This document shows positions 62,650 through 64,000 of a stretch of 64,000 nucleotides of DNA, piece after piece. Under the pieces are notes generated by a model. That model had not been told where the DNA came from. It worked only from the letters and a program-made list of their open reading frames with translations, and searched no databases. Every line of letters begins with the position of its first letter. Position 1 is the stretch's first letter. The stretch lies in assembly GCF_003991155.1 (NCBI RefSeq), contig NZ_CP031293.1; one strand, written 5' to 3'. Origin of the DNA: Escherichia coli (GTDB lineage: Bacteria > Pseudomonadota > Gammaproteobacteria > Enterobacterales > Enterobacteriaceae). The position numbers were made by a program, and so were the translations under genes.

Positions 62650-64000
62650 TTAAGTTCTCCGTGCGATGGGCCTGATTGGGGCTGGTATCTTTTTCTCTTT
62701 TGGCTTTTTGATGTCGCGCATCATTTTTGCGAAGCGGCGCATCATGTATGCATAGCGAACGGCGGATAGCACGTCGTCGTTAAGCTTGACGATTTTCCCG
62801 TTTTCATCACGGTGATAGAGGCGGAACTCCTCAAAGAATGGCTCACAGGTGTTGAATACTTTGAAGCGACCGTCGAGCATCATGTCTCGCAATTCAGTGA
62901 TGCCAGGCTCAACAGCGTTACCGCCATCAGGCCATGTCGCATGCTCCTGCAACATCATAAATCCAGCGTCTGCATACTGCCCTTTGAGCTGCTCACCGCC
63001 GCCCTTCTCATGCTGGTTTCCGTCATGAGGCCATGCGGTTGGCACTTTATGCGCCCATGATTTAACAGCTCCCCATGCCTGAACCGCTGTTTTTTCTTTC
63101 GCCTTCCACACGCGTGAAACGTAGATTGTGTCTGCGTCCTTATCCCACCAAAGCTGAACCTGCGCCTGTGGGTGATCCCATCCGAAATCCATCCCACCAA
63201 TTACGTAGAAGTGATCAGGACACTCGAACGGCTGACACTTAATTGTCTCTTCCGGTATCTGGAAGATTCGACCACTACCCATCGTAGGAATACCGCGAGC
63301 ACGCGCCTCTCTCTCATGCTCTGGATAGGATGCGATGATTTGCTCTTTCTGCTCGTCGGTATAGTGCTCAGCGTCATAGATGGTCATGTTGACCACTTTC
63401 TGCGACTTGCTTGGATTCTTCAGGAACTTGGTAACAACGTCAGACATCCCCATCAGCGGGGTAAACGTCAGAATTGAGAATTGACCGTATTTGTTGGTAC
63501 GGGTAAGACCTTCGCCATAAATGCTGTATGGTGGCTCTTCGTCAAACCACACGCCGTGGATTGTGTCACCCTGCCAGCGAGCACGGCCTTGCGAGTATGG
63601 TTTGAAGTAGCAGATTGAAATGCCATCTTCAACGCCATCAGCCGTGTGATGCTTAACCAGAAGATGATCAACAAGGTTCGGAAAGAAAGGAGACTTCTTC
63701 CAGCTAATGATGTCTTCTTTCGGTATGGAACCGTAGCCAGGCTCATCATTCTCTTCGATACGACCGCACAGGATGCGTTGAGTCGTTTTGGTTACAGTCT
63801 CGTTTGTCTCGCCACCAATCCAGAAGACAACGGGCTCATAGAAACGCTTACCTTTCCACTCACCGCCATATTTACCATCAGCAGGATAGCCTTTTGTGCC
63901 CGGATAACGCCCTGTAAGGTGAAACGCGACTTCAGCAGCACCAGTAAATGACTTACCAAGCTGGTTACCAGCCATAAAACATCGCTCTGGATAGTCATGC
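62650..64000 (-). CDS. Terminase large subunit gp2-like (5' end outside window)
   Basis: The frame stays open to the window edge (..HDYPERCF-MAGNQLGKS). The Walker A motif is GNQLGKS. Confidence 0.85.
   Translation of the reverse strand, partial: HDYPERCFMAGNQLGKSFTGAAEVAFHLTGRYPGTKGYPADGKYGGEWKGKRFYEPVVFWIGGETNETVTKTTQRILCGRIEENDEPGYGSIPKEDIISWKKSPFFPNLVDHLLVKHHTADGVEDGISICYFKPYSQGRARWQGDTIHGVWFDEEPPYSIYGEGLTRTNKYGQFSILTFTPLMGMSDVVTKFLKNPSKSQKVVNMTIYDAEHYTDEQKEQIIASYPEHEREARARGIPTMGSGRIFQIPEETIKCQPFECPDHFYVIGGMDFGWDHPQAQVQLWWDKDADTIYVSRVWKAKEKTAVQAWGAVKSWAHKVPTAWPHDGNQHEKGGGEQLKGQYADAGFMMLQEHATWPDGGNAVEPGITELRDMMLDGRFKVFNTCEPFFEEFRLYHRDENGKIVKLNDDVLSAVRYAYMMRRFAKMMRDIKKPKEKKIPAPIRPIARRT

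Larger units (their letters stand above)
45296..64000 (-). mobile_element. P22-like (Lederbergvirus-type) prophage, late/structural half (continues beyond window)
   Basis: It is collinear with the P22 order 2-1-8-5-4-10-26-14-7-20-16-(sieA region)-mnt-arc-ant-9 on the minus strand. Coat, gp4 and gp26 show near-identical blocks to P22. Confidence 0.9.

Overview
The window is an Escherichia coli/Shigella-type chromosome segment. It corresponds to the K-12 interval asnW-yeeO-asnU ... ldtA(erfK)-cobTSU ... yeeX-yeeA-sbmC-dacD-sbcB, with three accessory blocks. (1) Positions 1-17265 are the tRNA-proximal part of a genomic island inserted at the 3' end of a tRNA-Asn; its left end lies outside the window. 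The island carries a tightly overlapped four-gene operon built around a 1,358-aa protein with a nuclease-like N-terminus and a NACHT/STAND-type P-loop; this is my best candidate for an undescribed defence system. It also carries a decayed T6SS Rhs effector locus: a DUF2169 remnant, an intact IS911-like IS3-family element, two rhs C-terminal toxin/immunity cassettes and a ParB/Srx-motif gene. The remaining cargo is a Ner-like regulator, a solitary HigA-like gene and a second tyrosine-recombinase-like gene, next to a noncoding region with an iteron-like CTGG(C/T)GCAG array. The P4-type integrase is inactivated by a nonsense codon just before its catalytic Tyr. (2) Positions 19.2-41.4 kb hold cobTSU, a cbiG remnant behind a retained cobalamin riboswitch, pocR-pduF and a complete-looking pduABCDEGHJKLMNOPQSTUV microcompartment operon. 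An IS1 with a perfect 9-bp target duplication sits 101 bp upstream of pduA. A perfect 27-bp tandem duplication spans the pduE/pduG junction. (3) From 45296 to the window end is the late half of a P22-like prophage inserted into codon 17 of sbcB. It runs TerL, portal, scaffold, coat, gp4/10/26/14/7/20/16, an immI Mnt/Arc/Ant region and a mosaic tailspike. Two secreted or lipoprotein moron genes occupy the sieA position. All functional calls come from by-eye recognition of motifs and recalled homologues. No database search was run.
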